Shown: positions 63,255 to 64,000 of the stretch, in pieces
How the letters are laid out: every line of letters begins with the position of its first letter
Numbering within the stretch: the stretch's first letter is position 1
NCBI GenBank assembly: GCA_016929445.1
Contig: JAFGIU010000055.1
Location: 4,629-68,628, forward strand
DNA: 64,000 bases
DNA from: Candidatus Omnitrophota bacterium
GTDB lineage: Bacteria > Omnitrophota > Gorgyraeia > JAFGIU01
Reading direction: 5' to 3'
Made by a program: the position numbers and the translations under genes
Notes under the pieces: generated by a model
The model's database searches: none
Seen by the model: the letters and a program-made list of their open reading frames with translations, nothing else
Told to the model about the DNA's origin: nothing

Positions 63255-64000
63255 TCAATTCTCCGCTGAATGAAGACCCCCGGCGCCCGCAACGAATTCC
63301 ACATTGCCTCGCTCGGAACCTTCTTCACGCGCTTGAGAACAATTCCACAAACACACACCACAATGCACGCACTTCTCCCGATCAAACTGGGGGACCCCGC
63401 CGTTCTCGCCTGGAGTGATCGCCTGGCCGGAACACGCCTCTATACAAACCTTTGCCTGGCACTGTTCGCAAAGCTCAGGCCGGACAAAAACCACGTGATC
63501 CGCATAACCCGCAGGTGCCTGAACCTTACCGCCCAAAAGCAAGGCATCCTGTTGCGAGATCAAAAGCTTGCCGTCGTATTCGATCTTGGGCCAACCACAA
63601 CGCTCCAAAAGCAAGTTATTGAGTCCCACACCTGTGGCTGCGGATTCATTGCGCGCAACTTCAATTTCTTCAGGGGTGAGCTTCCCTTTATAGTACTCTT
63701 CCAAGCTGGGGATTCGCTCGTGCGGCTTCTTCACCGGGCCGCTGAGGTTCAGCTTCCCGCCGCTCAGACCCGTAAGACCCATACCGATCATTCCCAAAAC
63801 AAAACTGCGCTGAAATCCGTCGCGTGCTTTCTCGGCCACGCGCCCCTCTTTTTCAACCCAGCTTTCCCGGCGGCGTTGCACATAGGCCGCCTCTAAATTC
63901 TCTTTGCTAAACTCCTTGCCTTCCTTGTACAGCTGCGCCACGCCTTCGGCCAATTGCACGCCCGTGGCCCAGGCCTCGTCCACGCCCGAACCGGTCAGCA
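63255..64000 (-). CDS. ETF-quinone-oxidoreductase/FixC-FixX-like protein, C-terminal part (the gene continues beyond the window)
   Basis: It has a C-terminal 4Fe-4S ferredoxin-like module (CEQCQAKVCIEAC ... CVHCGVCLWNC) after an FAD-oxidoreductase-like region. There is no stop upstream before the window ends. Confidence 0.6.
   Translation of the reverse strand, partial: LTGSGVDEAWATGVQLAEGVAQLYKEGKEFSKENLEAAYVQRRRESWVEKEGRVAEKARDGFQRSFVLGMIGMGLTGLSGGKLNLSGPVKKPHERIPSLEEYYKGKLTPEEIEVARNESAATGVGLNNLLLERCGWPKIEYDGKLLISQQDALLLGGKVQAPAGYADHVVFVRPELCEQCQAKVCIEACSGQAITPGENGGVPQFDREKCVHCGVCLWNCSQAREEGSERGNVEFVAGAGGLHSAEN

Noticed and set aside
1-64000. Mobile elements: IS elements, integrases, phage genes or toxin-antitoxin pairs.
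   Set aside because: No transposase, integrase or phage-like ORF was seen, and there is no local shift in composition. Only the small palindromic repeat families are present.

Overview
This is a gene-dense, high-GC (roughly 58-60%) bacterial chromosomal segment of about 60 protein-coding genes. I found no rRNA, tRNA, CRISPR array, transposase or integrase. The content points to an anaerobe that uses flavin-based electron bifurcation. The main blocks, in order, are as follows. (1) Assimilatory sulfur genes cysC-cysH, leuCD, an inositol monophosphatase (IMPase) family CysQ-like gene, a B12-binding radical SAM (rSAM) gene next to a SAM methyltransferase, metF-otsA-otsB, perR-peroxiredoxin, a glpD-like gene, and a secreted S8 protease. 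(2) ilvD behind a Crp-regulated gene that fuses a periplasmic solute-binding domain to a YidE/YbjL-type transporter. (3) An ADP-forming acetyl-CoA synthetase, a LysR regulator, and a heme/cytochrome c island: sir, then hemY, an AhbD-like rSAM/SPASM gene, a truncated rSAM remnant, and ccsA-ccsB. (4) An atypical rSAM-like gene, class II ribonucleotide reductase nrdJ with a Fur-family regulator, a response regulator, MscS and an APC/UspA transporter. (5) A cluster of GT-C glycosyltransferase-superfamily membrane enzymes: an alkaline-phosphatase (AlkP) family phosphodiesterase, an STT3/PglB-like oligosaccharyltransferase homologue with divergent motifs, and a TMTC-like GT-C/TPR protein. (6) A tightly coupled eight-gene operon hdrC-hdrB-hdrA-mvhD-mvhG-mvhA-maturation protease-hypA, preceded by etfA, etfB and an ETF-QO/FixCX-like gene that runs off the window end. 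The most interesting non-genic signals are three families of dispersed intergenic palindromic repeats. One is a tandem 13-mer palindrome GGTGCCAGGCACC found only in promoter-proximal spacers. The second is a GGGACGGTTCTC...GAGAACCGTCCC hairpin element with at least six copies, one of which truncates an arsC-like gene. The third is a GGGGACACAAT...ATTGTGTCCCC hairpin. There is also a roughly 46-nt element conserved in both etf intercistronic spacers. All calls rest on reading ORF translations, motifs and gene context; no database searches were run.
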